From positions 396,888 to 460,546 of the forward strand of contig NMRA01000031.1 in assembly GCA_002633005.1 (NCBI GenBank): a stretch of DNA of 63,659 nucleotides. The letters are read 5' to 3'. The translations under genes and the position numbers were made by a program. Below are positions 12,510-26,900 of this stretch, one piece after another (position 1 is the stretch's first letter; the number at the start of each line of letters is the position of its first letter). The notes under the pieces were generated by a model. That model ran no database searches, was not told the DNA's origin, and saw only the letters and a program-made list of their open reading frames with translations. Source of the DNA: Phoronis australis. Lineage: Eukaryota > Animalia > Phoronida.

Positions 12510-12897
12510 TACCGGGATTTTCCATACATAAGCCCATGGGCGTGTATTCGGAAAATAAATTTTTCCGGCGCATAGTAACACCAAATAAACGCCAGGGAAA
12601 TTATTCGGAAAAGGTGGACTTTTAAACGAAAAGTCATAGTTGTGCTGACTTTGGCATTCTTTATTCAAAACTGTGTTTTTAAATCTTATGTTAACATATG
12701 CATTCGTTCGTTTTTATAAATGATAAATGTTCCACAAAACTGAATTGGTGACAAAAAGTTGACGATGGGTGAGCCTTTAAGAGGAAATTTTCCGAATAAA
12801 CGCCCCACTATTTGGACCCTTGGCACCAGAAGTTGTAACACCAAATAAACGCCCATGGGCGTTTAATCAGTTGGGCTTATCTACGGAAAACCCCGGT
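12510..12897. mobile_element. Tc1/mariner-type MITE
   Basis: TIRs accgggattttccatacataagccca / tgggcttatctacggaaaaccccggt; internal repeats taacaccaaataaacgcc and tattcggaaa/tttccgaata. Confidence 0.75.
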
Positions 12898-15495
12898 CGT
12901 CTACTTACGAAGTGCCCGTAATTTTGTGTCAAGTTATTATTAGAGTCACGCGGTGTTTGTGATGTTTACTGTTGTTCCAAAGAAACTCGAAAACTTAACG
13001 ATTGTGCTATGCTTTAGTGACGTTAAGCGTAATTACACATAGCATTATTTCTGGCAAACCAAGCTATTTTATCATTGTTCTCAGACAGTTAACTTCCTGT
13101 TCCATCGTAATAAGCGTATTATTGCGGCTCCTCTTTCGTCACGTGACTGAAGTAATTCAAACTGGAATAAACTTCATATTTTTATTTCACCCCAAAGGGA
13201 TGGGCCTTGTGCCATAGGCAAATGGGCAAAGGCCATAAATTGTTTTAGACAATATTTGTGCAAATCAGATCATCTTAAGTGTTTGTGCAGTAAACCCGCA
13301 TTCCCACACAAAACCAACTTTTTAGATAGAGCACATACCGTTATGAAACTGGTCCCAAATATTTTCTTAATAAAAACAAGAATGGTTTATCGGCTTGGAA
13401 AAAACTACTGACAGTTCGCTACCGCTTGAGACGCGGCTATATCAGATGAGTTATCATGCGTATAATTTATTTTCCGATCATGCCCTGGAGCGAACCGCCA
13501 GTTCTTTGCAAAATTAATTCTCAACTCAATAAGAAAAAATTGAGACAAAGGATTCTAAGACGGAACGAGGTTTTGTTGGCGTTTTATTAAGTATCATTCT
13601 GTCAAATAGCCAACACTCCTTGTTTTTTATTGTAAAAGTTCAACAGACAACGAAATTATGGGCGCTCGCTTACCAAGGGTGTCTTCTGCCTCACTCTACA
13701 TGTACTTTATATTACTCGATACTTCGCTCACAACCAATGGCGAAGAGGAGGAATATTTTCCAGATGGCGTATGGATACTACAAATGAATAGGTTCATTTG
13801 ATAGAATTATTTTTTGTTTTGTAAAATTTATCTACCAGAATTAAACGTACGTTTGCAGGAAAAAAGTTAAATAGTGAAAAAAGAGATATAAAAAGACGAA
13901 ACTAGGAATCAAATAAGAGGAAATCGAAACCAACAAAGGGGAAATACGTAGAAAATTAAATTAAATTAATTACTGGACTTACGGATTGAGTTGGCAACGT
14001 TGCGTCCTTCTCTCGAGGACTTCGACAGGCCTCCGAGATGTCACGTGACTCACGTGATCGACATCACAGTTTGCGCGAAGAAATGTTCTTAAAAAAAGGG
14101 AAAATTACAAGCACGCACAACACAACCAGACCTAACGGAAACTCGCCACAACTCCATCAACCGAAAGGTTCGCTCTATTTGTTGTGAATACTGTGTTGAA
14201 TACACACCTAAACAGTTTCTCCATCTTTATCCTACAAGTCGCGACTGGTTAATTTGCTTCATACACGACACACAGATCTCGTTTTAACCAATGTAACTAT
14301 CACATCAGCACATGCTAACCGAACATGCACTAAACAGTATATCGAATAATCATCTGCGGCATTAGACAAAATGTCAATAAACAACTGCTCCATAAAGCCG
14401 GCGTGCAGGCTTTTTTCCAAGTCTAAGACTGTATAATGCCCAAGATACGCATGATACCCTTATGGTGAGAAATTTCAGCTTATGGGGCTCACGCTCACAA
14501 GTCATTCGTTTCATTGACCTCAAATTTGCACTTAATGTCCAGAATATACTTGTCATTCACTCAAGCGTTTTTGCGTGGCCTTACTTTACTGAGTCTACAA
14601 ACGCAACCAAAGGGGCATCTTGGCCCTTTTCCGGCCACGCACGAAATGTTTTTCCGTGATTTCCAGTATAGCTTATCTCATCGTAGTCCGCAGACATGCG
14701 AAAATACCATCCAATCGCAGTCTTTTTCGAGCATTGTTGCAATGATTTCTGCAAAAATCTTCAAAATCGCAAGACAGGAAAAAGCGAAAGAAACTTGCAA
14801 CTCGTGAACCCGGCTTGTGATGAGTTGTGGACACCCTCTTTTAACTACTCGGCTATTTCCGTGAGACACTTTCACACTGCATGCACCGTATCATCCAGAA
14901 CACCACGGGTATTTTCGTACTCACAGCCCCACCCCTCAGAAGTGTTGATTTTCTGCGCATGCGCAAATTTAAACCATGCGGCCTCCCCGTTCCTTGAAAT
15001 CAAGCTATTTGACAACGGAAAACTGTCCACCGTTAGTTGGTGTGAAATGATAACCATTTGCAACAAACTTAGCAATGTGACAGGTATGCGTCAATTATTG
15101 CCCTGTTTGTTATGGTGGCACACAGTGCTTCGAATAATCAGAGACGTGAAGTGGTTAGAAAATGTAGATTCCGTTCACCACAAGGACGGTGCGTAAGAGA
15201 GTCACGCCGCATGTCATATGACTTTCTAACTACGACTTTTAATTCATATCTGCATATGTGCAGATACCCAACACCTCTGCAGGCTGAGTTGCATAAAACT
15301 TCGACACTTACACGGGGTAAGTTTGATTTTTGCATGACGTCAAGCAGATTGTTAAATTTTAGGAACATGACGCGTGTTAATGCGTCGTAATTGTTGCTGT
15401 TTGGCGTACAACTTTTATGCAAGCGTATCCACGGTAGGTACATTTAGCGTGACGGACTCAAGCACGAGTCAGCTCACCAAACACTGTCACGTCAA

Positions 15496-16464
15496 CATAG
15501 GCGGATTTAGGGGGGGCAGGGGGCCCGGCCTCCCCCCCCCCTTGGCTGCCGCAAAAAATAAAACAGCAACAGCGTAGGGAAATGTTGTGTTTATTAATTA
15601 ACTCCGGTAATTAAAATTATACGGATGAAACAAGATTTAAATGTGTACAATTTTAGTGTTTGGGGGGGCCTCAGATCCAATTTCAAGTGTCAAATTTGGA
15701 ACACGGCGCAATCGTAACGGAACTATGGCTAAGTATAGGCTCTCCTGCGATAACCCAGGCGACCGGCAGTGGCGCTGCGCACTACGACTCCGTTTCCGTC
15801 GTCTGCTCCACTGTGCAATGAAGAAAATTTACTTCATTTTTTAAAGACAATGGAACCTGAGTGACGATGAAAAAACAGAAGCTGCTGGTAAGATGTGAAT
15901 TTTAATCGAAGCCTTAGTGAATCACTCAGAAACTCATAATTCACTCTTTGTCAAACCTTAACTTAAGACGATTTCCAAAGCAACCTCGTCGTTATTGCCA
16001 ACACGAAAAACGGATTTGGCCTTTTGGGTTTTTGAAGACTATTTTAAATACAACAAATTTGTTACGAACCGATTGCACAAAATATAAAGCGTGTAATAAG
16101 CATTACAAAAAGAAGAAAGTTTCGCGCGTAAACGCTGTGGACCATGAACAAATAGGTCTCTTAGTATCAGCTTAGAAGTAAAGTCGTGGTGGTGTAGTGG
16201 TACAGCATGCGCGCTATACCCGGGATCGAGTCTTTGGTTTTTTGCAGTTTTTCCTGTTTTCGCCGTTTTTTTGCCTTTTTTCTTGGATAATACTTCAGGA
16301 ATCAAGGAAAAAACAGAAAAATTTATTTTCTGAGCGGGAGGGGGCCAACCCTCCCTCCCGACCTCCCCCCATTCGGTGCTATGCGCATCTGCAATCGTGG
16401 TTTGCGCAAATGCTTAGAGACAAAATGTTAGGCCCCCTCTTGTGATATCCTAGATCCGCCACTG
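15496..16464. mobile_element. ~970-bp non-autonomous hAT-like element with 5-bp TSD
   Basis: TIRs cataggcggatttagg / cctagatccgccactg; gtcaa directly flanks both ends; G/C-run subterminal regions. Confidence 0.8.
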
Positions 16465-16744
16465 GTCAAACAACAGTTTTGGGTTCCGGCCAAAAGAAGA
16501 TTGAAACTTACACGAGCTAAGAAAGCAACAGAAATGAAGTCCAGTTATCAAAACCATGGTCATATGATATTACCTTTGACGCCCTATCTTACAAGATATC
16601 TTGTTTTTTGTGCGGTTACACGTGTTGGATTACGAAGTACATGAATTCATCCGTGTGGAAATTTGAGGCTACGAAAATACCCGATGTACTCCAATATCCA
16701 CCACGTGTGGAGTAGGCAATAACAGATTAGCACCATTTATTATC

Positions 16745-17890
16745 CTAACTGCTAACAGCCACCGTATCATTCTTAAGCAATAAATTAGAATATTTTAGAT
16801 TAAATTCGTCCGATAATTGTTTTCGTTGATTAGCGTTTAATCTTTTCAACGTCTCCTTCCACAGGTGCGGGGTTGTATATCCCGCCATTGTGACGAAAAT
16901 TTTGAGAGGCGTGCCGTGTTCTCGATACAACTTCAAAGCTTTACTACTGCTCAGTTCGTAGTGTTTGTGAAGGTTGGTATATGTAATACTGAGCAATTTC
17001 TTCGGCAGTAAACCAGTCACGTACACATCGTCCACCCAGAAGAAAGGTGTGCTCAGCGAAGCGCTGTACAACTCCCCAACAATATCGGATGTCAACGTGA
17101 ACGACAGCCCCGCGCAGTATTTCGGAAAGAAACGACCCTTGAGCTCGCTCTCCTGAACGCACCATTTCATACAAGTTTTTGGATCTCTCAATATGGGCAT
17201 AGTAGTCCATACAAGACCTGATATAGATCGCGGCTTAGCAACAGAGTCTAAGACATCAACCCATTCGAAAATGTTCAAAAAAGTGTCATCGTCGCTCTTA
17301 ATCACGTAGTGTGCATTTGAACAATAAGTACTCGTCCATTTCAATCCCATAATTGCTTTGTATGTCAAGTTTTTATAGCTGTCAATAAAATCCTCTTGTA
17401 CGATATCGTGATGCGTCAGACTTTCTTGGTACACTTTCAGTTGCAAATCGTTATCGGCAACTGAGGCTAACAGAAAAACAACACGGGAACTGAAATTCCG
17501 AAATATTTTAATGCTTGCCCACGTTTCTCGCATGTTTTGCCGTTTGGCAAAATTCGAAGGAGCACTGTGCACGTATATTAGATATTTCAGAGGTTTCTTT
17601 GTCTTGCATAGACTAGCGTTGTTAATGATATAGTTAAACGGATGCGGGTTCACTGGATGAATCGCTCTTGCTGTTGTAGTTTGTGTTGTTGACAAACGAA
17701 GCGCTGTGGTCTGGTTGAAGAGGTATTCCCTTGCAAAGACGTGATTGCCAGACGAATTCCCCACATTGAAGTAGACCGGAGAATTTGTTAACAGTGGAAG
17801 AATATTCAGAAACACGAAGCATGAGATAACTCCAACACAAAATACAAAAAGTGTCCGCCTGTTGACTTTCCGGCCAGCAAAACGCCTCAT
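16745..17890 (-). CDS. Beta-1,3-galactosyltransferase / glycosyltransferase family 31, type II Golgi membrane protein, single coding exon (381 aa)
   Basis: Basic N-tail MRRFAGRKVNRR, TM helix TLFVFCVGVISCFVFLNILPLL, stem with N-glycan sites; GT31 motifs VHSAPSNFAKRQNMRETW, HDIVQEDFIDSYKNLTYK, KSDDDTF (DxD), FPKYCAG, DDVYVTG. The first in-frame ATG is at 17890; the ORF-track start at 17944 is GTG. Confidence 0.96.
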   Translation of the reverse strand: MRRFAGRKVNRRTLFVFCVGVISCFVFLNILPLLTNSPVYFNVGNSSGNHVFAREYLFNQTTALRLSTTQTTTARAIHPVNPHPFNYIINNASLCKTKKPLKYLIYVHSAPSNFAKRQNMRETWASIKIFRNFSSRVVFLLASVADNDLQLKVYQESLTHHDIVQEDFIDSYKNLTYKAIMGLKWTSTYCSNAHYVIKSDDDTFLNIFEWVDVLDSVAKPRSISGLVWTTMPILRDPKTCMKWCVQESELKGRFFPKYCAGLSFTLTSDIVGELYSASLSTPFFWVDDVYVTGLLPKKLLSITYTNLHKHYELSSSKALKLYREHGTPLKIFVTMAGYTTPHLWKETLKRLNANQRKQLSDEFNLKYSNLLLKNDTVAVSS

Positions 17891-18020
17891 AGCTGAGAAA
17901 GGTGAAGACCTGTGAACGATGTAGAATAGAACGTCATTATACACACATTTATCTTGAATACTGGACTGTTCGTTGTGTGAAGGCTTGCTCCCGTATTAAT
18001 TGATAATGCGAATATCCCTA

Positions 18021-18050
18021 CTGCAAAACACAGCGATATTAAATAAAACT
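18021..18050 (-). other. 3' splice acceptor of the GT31 coding exon (exon begins at 18020; ~130 nt of 5' UTR)
   Basis: Minus strand ttttatttaatatcgctgtgttttgcag|tagg. Confidence 0.7.
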
Positions 18051-18178
18051 ATTGAGCTAAAGTCAACAGTAAGTATTTACAGACGACATCGATTAAACAT
18101 GAGAAGCTTTTTCTGTAGATAGTCACTAATGTGTTTGTTTGTTGGATTACACCTCCGAGTTAATTTGTTCTGAGATAC

Positions 18179-18455
18179 CAGGGGCGGATCCAGGANACAG
18201 GAATAACCAGAATTTCGGCAGATGCGCGCGCCCAGACTCACATGTGGGGATGCAGGGCCTCGAATTTTAGGGTTTGCGTACCTGTTGACTAAAAAAAAAC
18301 GGTGAACAGGTTTCTTCAGGGCCTGTGCATCGTTTATTCACCCCCTGGTTGCGCGCATGCGCTAGTCAGCAGTTCACACGCAAACTCCCAAATGGTATCT
18401 GGTAGAATTTTAGGGTGGCCAAGGCCCCCTTGGGCCCTCTCTAAATCCGCCACTG
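18179..18455. mobile_element. hAT-like MITE, TIR related to 15496-16464, 5-bp TSD
   Basis: TIRs caggggcggatccagg / ctctaaatccgccactg; flanks gatac / gatgc. Confidence 0.8.
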
Positions 18456-21091
18456 GATGCGTTCCGTAGGGCAAATTTCTTGATGTAAAAGCCCGATCAC
18501 ACAAGCATTATAAGCAAAGCACGTGATTGAACTTTACTCGCGTGCGTCTTGCTTCTATGGAACGCGCCCCTGGTTGAGTGTGCAAGATAGCCTTCCCTTG
18601 TGAATGCGATACACAAAGGCGATAAATAACATTTTAACAGGCTTTTAATTCTTTTATTTTGTTGCAATACTGAATAACTGCGTGGGTGAATCTCTTATCT
18701 TCATTTCTAGTTAACTTTTAAAACGACAACTTGCCTGTTTATGGTAGAAAAAAACGATTTCCCAGACCCACGTCAACAGCGTGTAAATTTGTTTGTTAAA
18801 TTCTTATCCAAGTTCAAAGGTTACAGAGGTGTTTCTCAAATCGAATCTCCCGCTAAGCATAGAGCAGTTCCGTATGTACCCGCAGTCCTTCCATTCAGTG
18901 AGTCGCCATAATATTGAGTCAACGAGGTGCAGATAGCATAGAAAGATGCCGCAGACTAACAAACGTAGATTTGATCCTGAGGGAATTGTGCGGTCGTTTA
19001 GAACGAGTGGACCGAGTCTGGCCGAGTAGCCACACGGCGACTGTGATTTCGTCAGAGTTCACGAACACAGAAAGTTGTGAAAAAAGATAAACCGTCACCC
19101 ATGTTCATTAATTTCATCGGTAATTTGACGATTTGCTGTTTCGATATCGTGCCCTCGGCACGCTTTAACCACTGACTTGATCTACATTGTCCATTTTGTG
19201 GTTGGTTTCTTGGTATCAGTCTCCGCGGCGCGTGGTGTGAATCACAATGAACTGTTGACTTACTTACTGTTGACTCCGCCTTTGACCTAGTTTGACTAGC
19301 ATGTACTGAAAACGGACTCTCATAGTTAAAAGTTAATTGGTTCAGCCTCATTAACTATCGAAACATGAACTATAGAAGTGTCTTTGAGCACATTTCACCA
19401 GCTGTCACAGCTACCAAGAACAGGTTTAATCTGAATACGACGGTAAAACGGTGAGAGGGCTACAGATAACACAAAACGGCGCGTTTTTCTTTGTTTGATG
19501 TTTGGGCCATTAGACTAACTACGAACCACTATTTCTTCGAAAAGAGCTGACGGATTTCTTCGGTGTTTGAATTTTCAGACAGCACAGCCATTCAATACGA
19601 AAACCCTATCTCAGATTTTCGACTAGAGGTTTCATTGATTTTTTACGTTGTTTTTAAAAAAGTGATTGCAAATAATGTAATTTTTCATATTAAAAAAGGT
19701 TTGTTATATTCAAAATCCCAGACACTGTTTTGGTGCAAATTTGCAAGTTTGCTGTCTAAGTCTTAATAATGAAGGTAAAAGAATTAATTTGTTATTCATG
19801 TACCTTTCAAAAACAGAGCTTTTTCACCTAAAACGCCGACTAACGGGACCAAAACATTGGCACAATGTTGTGGATAACGTAGATGAATTTGCTTTGACTT
19901 CTACTTTCAGAAAACATGTACTTTCATGGGTTGACAGTGGCTATTTCATTAGATATTTTAGGATAAATATAGGATAGCAATTAGGAATACACGTAACCTT
20001 AAGTCGTTCATTGAGCAGTTCTATATTCTGTTAGTGTGCGTGGTGTTTTTGAAGTCAATCAACGAATGCCATCCCTCATTAAAAGAGGAAATTAAGTGAT
20101 TTTTATGTATGTCATATTTTAAACTCGCTTGTTACCCACGGTGGCAGTAGTACATACATCCTCATTAACATGCTTGACTGTTAGAAATCGGCACTGATCT
20201 TCGAAATTGGCTTGTGTCAAACAAATTTGCTCGCGCAATTATACGACTGTGCGTAGCATAACATCTTGATTCTAAAGTCAAATGATCATTTCTGAGCGCT
20301 GAATAACGTATTCTGAGGTTTGAATAACCACGTTTTACGCGAAGGAAGATATCGGTTTACGAGCCCTTTGGAACTTCATAAAAATTCAACATTGACAGCT
20401 AAATGGCCGGCAAGATGTAGTTTTGAGGTTTAAAAATGTGTTTTGTGTTTTGTATAGTTCTCTCTAATTTCAGTCAAAGAGAGTTTGTTTAATATACGTT
20501 TCTGTATCCATTTTGATAATGGTTTGAGCCATAATTAAAGTATTATAACCTTTGGAAAACCAAAAAAATAATTATGTAATTCTTATCGAAAAAGTACTCT
20601 TTCATTTTTTTCGAGTATACACTATCACGATGTATACAAAAATGTTTGGCTTTGTTTTAGTTTTCTTAGCAACTTAACTACTCGGCGTTTCAAAGGTCAG
20701 TCAGTGACTCAAAAGGAATTTTTGAATTAAAAATGAAAAATTCTGGAACGCATTTGTTCTTCGAGGCATTGATGACTGAACTCAAAAATTGTGGAAGTCG
20801 GTCGACCTGATGCAAAGATATATGCAAAATACGGAATACATGGACGGAGACAAACACAACTGAGCTCTGTGAGGTGTACTGAAACGGAGAGGGGTTATTA
20901 TGTTGCTGGAAGAGACATGTCACGCGTAGGAATTTACTTCGGGCTGACAGGCACAATGTGTAACAACCCTGTGGCCCTATACTTTTCCCATTGCGTTTTT
21001 GTGGAATGAAAGAGGACGACAGGTTTGTATACCATGTCGGATGGAGCACAGTACTTTTTGTTGATAACGGTGGTTTTACACGGAGGGATAC

Positions 21092-21344
21092 CATGGCCGC
21101 ACCCAGCCTAAAAAACGTGGGGCTCGAATTTTTGAAAATGTGGACCTTTTACTAAGATTCACGGGGTACGTTGAGAGCTAAGAATTGTGCATTCGCCGAA
21201 TATTGGTAGTTCTTGTCTTTTTAGTGGACTTTAGTCTCGTTTTCTACTTTCTTCGGAGTTTTTGCTTCTCTGAGGCGGACCTTTTTGCCCACTTCGCCAA
21301 ATGGGGGGGCGGTCTCATTTGAGCCCCCCCGGGGTGTGTGCATG
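21092..21344. mobile_element. hAT-like MITE with 8-bp TSD
   Basis: TIRs catggccgcaccc / gggtgtgtgcatg; flanks agggatac / aggtatac. Confidence 0.8.
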
Positions 21345-23371
21345 AGGTATACTCCATTGTTTTGATGTGGAAGTGACGATTAAAAATTATGATAGGCACA
21401 CGTAATCTTTACCAAAAACAGCATCATATAAACCGAACCACCAGGATTAAACTTGAGCGGGGTGGGAAAGACGGAACAATTAAATAGGAGACTGAATTAT
21501 GTGATAGGGGATAATATTGATAGAAATGCTAGTATTCCGAACACGGTGAACATTAGATTGAAAATATGACTTACGTGACTCGAAGTTATAAGTTGAGACT
21601 ACTTAATGCACCATTTCACAAATTGAGAATGGAGACGATTTGAGAGAGGTGATCAAATTTAAAAGCTTGGTGGCTACATATTTGAGCCTGATGAGAACGC
21701 TGCCCAGCCGTGTGCGATCATTTGTTAAGACATACTGTGAACAAGTAGAAGTTAGTAGCCATTGCACCACTCTTAACTGTAGAGGGTTTAACACATAAAA
21801 AGGCAAGTTATTTGTTAAATTAGATTTTAAAAGTCAGCTCGACAACAATCCTGTCCAACCAACAAACCTGGGTTTTCCTCAAGGTTCTATACTGCAGGGA
21901 ATTAAGTTGACGAAATTGTCATTTCTTAGACAGTCAAAACTGAGTACTCATATACGAGAGCCACGTCCTGCAACCACTTTCTTTGGGCATACCTCCACCC
22001 GGATGAAGATTGAGGTGCTGACGACAAGCCATTGACTCGCAATAGGAGGGAAATAAAAATCGTCTACGACAGCCGTGACTAAAGAATAATTGACGAATGA
22101 TTGTGGCTTCGGTTTTCTGAAGCTTCTGACGTTTATTCACAGCTACCCTGCAAACAGCTACTTACCAACTTCACTACGGCATGGAAGCGACGTCCCGAGG
22201 CCTGAATCGCGTTTATGCAAGTCTTGTTGGGTCGCCTTCTGGAAATAGACCAGTTAAAATAAACACTGAGTACGACTTCGGTCCTGTTCATCCAGCGTAC
22301 ACGCCAGGAATGTTGGAATGTGTGATATACCACGCTCCATAAATCGTTACCATTTGACCGTGTCCGTGTAGTTTCGCTGACAATAGTATCACTTCGATGC
22401 GTGCCTCAGAATCAATACTGCCTCTATGTTAAGTCTCGCCATAAGTGATCAGTATTGAACAGTGGGGCGATAAGTATTGTGCGCATTGTTTGATACAGCT
22501 GGCGACAAAGTCAACTTATCGTCGTACCGACATCCCCGAACGAGTGAGCGTCTGCTACGAAGAATACACGCGTAGTAAGTTGGTACCTGGCAACTTGTGA
22601 AACTTCTCGCTGTTCCGCCATACGCTAATCACGTACGTGTGGTGTGGCAACATCTGTTCTGATTAATATTGTACTAACTTAATTAATCCAACAATGTATG
22701 GGATTAAAGTGATTATATAGCGACGTAAATTAACCGAAATTTCGACAATAAGAGCAAACATAATATATATATTTTTCATATGAAAATTGTATTTCCTCCT
22801 GCTAGTAGTTATCGGAAAAACAAAAATAAAAATCTAGAAACTTGGCCACTTACCATTCCAAACTCGGTCTCAAGTTTCATTTGCTAACCTATCTCCGTTC
22901 AGATGACACTTTTCTTAACTTCACGTCATTAAACTGCTCAAGGGATATTATAGGCGAGAAAAATGATTTCAAATTCTGAGACCTGCGTCATCGCACCGAA
23001 CCTGCAATCCTTGGGAGTCCTTCGTTCTGATAATGAGACTAAATCCTACTCGGTTAATGGTAGTGAGTTTGACTGGTAATCAGAACTGAAGTCATCGACC
23101 TTGACTGCAGTGAATGTCTGACTGGCTAAGGCACCGGAAGAGTGAGGAAGATGCTAAAACAAACCAATAAAGTGAACATTTACAACAAACCAGGGATGAC
23201 TGAGTTGACCTTGAATAAATTTGGTGTTATTGATTGCAGCGAAATAGCCACGACTCGCTATAGGGGAGAACTCTCGAGCTAGTGTACGTTATACTGGGAA
23301 GTTTGTGATGTTCAGTGACACAACGTCTTTAAGTGGACAAAAACTAGCGACTCAAGAAGGTTCATTGTTTT

Positions 23372-23995
23372 CAAGGGCTGAATCTTGCATTATTTACTAT
23401 TTGTGATGGAGGGTGTGTCGCTGACACGTAAGAGCATCTGTTGGCACGATAAATACCACGAGAGTTTGCACGTATACATGCTGAGAACTTGCGTAGTTGT
23501 GAAAACGTCATCTTTTGGAAGAGGCTTTGCTGTGCGTGAACTTGGAATCCTGCTTAATCTCAAGATTAAGCGGAAGTGAGTGTTGCGTGAACTTGACAAG
23601 TTCACTCAAATAATTACGTTCACATGGGTAAAAATTTGAACTGCACTTAACCAAATTGTATGTTATTAAAATAACGTAAAATTCAACAAATCTTTTTTCA
23701 GCTATTGGCGATCTTATTCATCAGACAATAATTGTTTAAACCAATCACAAAATCCTCCGATTCTTTGACACAAGTTACGGTAAAAGAGAAAGTGAGTCAT
23801 TACAAGGCCAATAATTACAAAAATTCTTTACACTGAACAAAAAATTTCACCTGATTGCCCAAATATATGTTCAATTCCAAGTTCACGCATATACGATCTT
23901 GAGATTATTAATAAGCAGGATTCCAAGTTCACGCACAGCAGCTTGATCCTGTTGCATAACGTTAGCGTGAGAAGTTTACCCGTACAACAACCCTT
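23372..23995. mobile_element. Degenerate foldback element
   Basis: tgctgtgcgtgaacttggaatcctgcttaatctcaagat (~23528-23566) is inverted at ~23895-23940; the gcgtgaacttg motif recurs on both arms. Ends approximate. Confidence 0.65.
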
Positions 23996-26900
23996 TGGAC
24001 ACTGCTGATCTACACGAAATCTTTCTGGAGAATTCTGTTGCAAAGTGGACGATTTTGTAAAATTCCGAAATATAAAGTAAACCATTCCGTATGGACTTGA
24101 TTGGGAAAGACATTCAAAAAGGATTCTGGGCGTGAAAATATCATCTGAGCCAAACGTCCCTTATGCTCGACTATGTAAGTAACCCCCAAGCACGGTTCTC
24201 ATCGTGGGGGTAAATAAACCGAACTGATCGCAGGAGGGCTTCGCGGTTTCAGTAATTCAAATTGGACTTTTTATTTTAAGCAACATAACTAGTCTCGTTC
24301 AAACCATGAGCTTTAATTACAATATTTTAAAAATGTATCAAGCCCGGATACTATGATAAATAATCAAAAAATTCAGTCAAATCATTCCAACTCACCACGG
24401 GTTCTTCTTCTGTGGCTTTCCACTGAGACTTTTCGAATGCATGTTACGTATTACTATATGGCAGCTATTTCTTGGTCTCGCCTTTTTATGATTACACATT
24501 TAGTTTCTTACGTTCGTTATTTGTTCTGCTTTTATAAATCCCATGATATGTTTTAAATCTGTCATTCCTCCAATAGGGGGCGTTGTTACGGAATAAAGAT
24601 CACACACTCCGAGTGGCACTGAAATCCCATGTACGTGTAGTACTAATTTCGAGTCGGTGGTCAATGTTCATTCTACTATTAAACAAGATCTACAAGCAAC
24701 CGAAGCTATTTTGAACACAGACAACTGCTGTATACCACTCACACAGAGTTACGAGGGGGGTACACCATCCACTATTGGACTGGGGCGAGTCGCTGCTGAT
24801 TTGGAAAACCTATGGTTAAGGTTTACTCTCCGGTCGTCACCCATGAACAGTGATCTCACTGTATTTTTCTCTGCCATAGAGTTATGTACCAATATATGCT
24901 TTTGTTCCGAGGCACTCGCCCCTCTTCATACCAAAATGGGAATACTCTCCCGCAGATTAGACATAAATTAGAATCAAGTTCGCTTACCGTCGTAAAATAT
25001 GCATGGGATAATTTATTTAACAACTGACAACGGAATTATTTTTTCAATACTTAAAGTAGGTCACATTTGTTCCAAAAAAATGAGCGCGTCCCGACCATCA
25101 TGATGAAAAATGGAAAACAGAAACATTTCACCCACCGACTTGAAGGTCTACAGTATTAAGTGTATCGTACCAGTACAAAAGAAAATATTGGTATACGCTT
25201 TATGAAGGGAACCAAACTGTAAAATCTTTGCCGGAATGCACGTTTCTCATTTCATTGATTCCCAGCAGATCGTCAAACAGTAGCACGTCTTCTGCAAGCC
25301 TTGAGCAAATCGGGGGGAGGGTTAGCCCCTTCAGCAAATGACCATTTTAGCGAAAGGGTTTTTATGACACAAGGAGTTGTGTGTATAGCTTGTTGCCTGA
25401 CTGCAGGTTGCACGAAAGAACAAGTCGCCACTGTTTCTCGTCCCGCCGGGACATGAGACATAAGTGAACCCGTTGAAGATTCCGGTACCACGGAAAAGTT
25501 TCTATGGTAAATACTTTTCCTGACCATTCTTGTGCATTTCTACCAGAATCACTAATTGCAGTGAGTTGTTTTTGCATTAATTAGTAATCAGGTAAAATTA
25601 TACTTAAAAACCTAAGGAATCTCCAGAGTCCAGATCTGACTTACCTCTTACCAAGGTTTCTCGGATTAATGTAAGTCACTTAAAAAAGTTCGAAATGCAA
25701 AAGTTAATCAACACTCATGTCTAAAGTTAACAACGTCAGTCACACAGAACACATGAAACTTCCATAATTTCTAGGAAACTCATGTTCCAGAAAAACTTAT
25801 CTACAGTGACGTCGCCACCTTGTTAACACTATTTTAAACAGCAGGAAGTAGAAAGCAAACTCTCATCTGAAAGGATAGTCAATCAAAAGTCACAACACAA
25901 AGTCAAAAACATATTCGTTATGAGTCAATCCACAACGTTGGGCAAAAAGGCAATCGCAACTGCAAATGAACCTTCCACCGGAAATAACTTACAATATGTT
26001 CCTTAAAATGCTCTACTTCTCTTTCTTTCACAGGATGACTTTGAAGCCGATACTCACAAAAATATCATGACATGTGATATATAACTATACCACTGTTCAG
26101 CGCTTCTGGGTTATTACTAATGACGAGATAAATAATAACTGAACTGCAATGCTGGTGGTAAAATTACAGTCGTGTCTTCATATGAGTAATGAAGGGATCA
26201 TAGGGGGGTTATGAAACCCGACAGATCAGTGGAGTCATTTTTGTATGCCAGGAAATGAAAATACACCATGCCCGTTGCAAAACTGTTTACTGAATTTCGG
26301 TGTCTCGGTTTCAATTGCCTTGGCCGAGTTTACACTAGTCTTTCCTCATGCCTCCTATAAGCAAAACACGCCGATATTGCGACCGCTTGTCCTTCATGAA
26401 TCTTTGTATAACGTCGTTCAACTTCCTTTGGAAATTGTAGTCGTCTCCTTGCATGCGATCGTGTACTTTGTCACACAAACAACGACAGAACGGGCGTCGT
26501 TTATCGAAACGTAAATCCTCCCCGTAAATCCGCTATAGTTCATAAATCAGAGATATCCATACGGTCCTTCCTGAGTCAATTCTTCTTGGTTTATATTATA
26601 ACGCCAGAAATCGAAACCAGCACGAAATCCAAATAAGCAGACATAACATTCGTGACTTACCATAACTCAAATAACCCTGCTCACCGTGTTTGTACTGTAC
26701 ACGTACAGGTCGTCCATCTCTAGGTTTGAAAATGTTGAAACACACACACTCACACACGGTCAGCCGAACTGGCCGTCAGCGTCCAGATACGTGTGTGTGC
26801 ATTTGATTAAACCATGCGTATGGGCGCGCCACCAAAACACGATTTGCGATTTTCCGTTGTTGTTGACCCTCCTTATAAATAGATGAACTAAAGCCGGCAA

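Noticed and set aside
14696-15196. 166-aa plus-strand ORF
   Set aside because: No recognisable motif or exon boundaries.
17891-17944. N-terminal extension of the GT31 ORF
   Set aside because: It starts at GTG; the first ATG at 17890 gives a typical short basic cytosolic tail.
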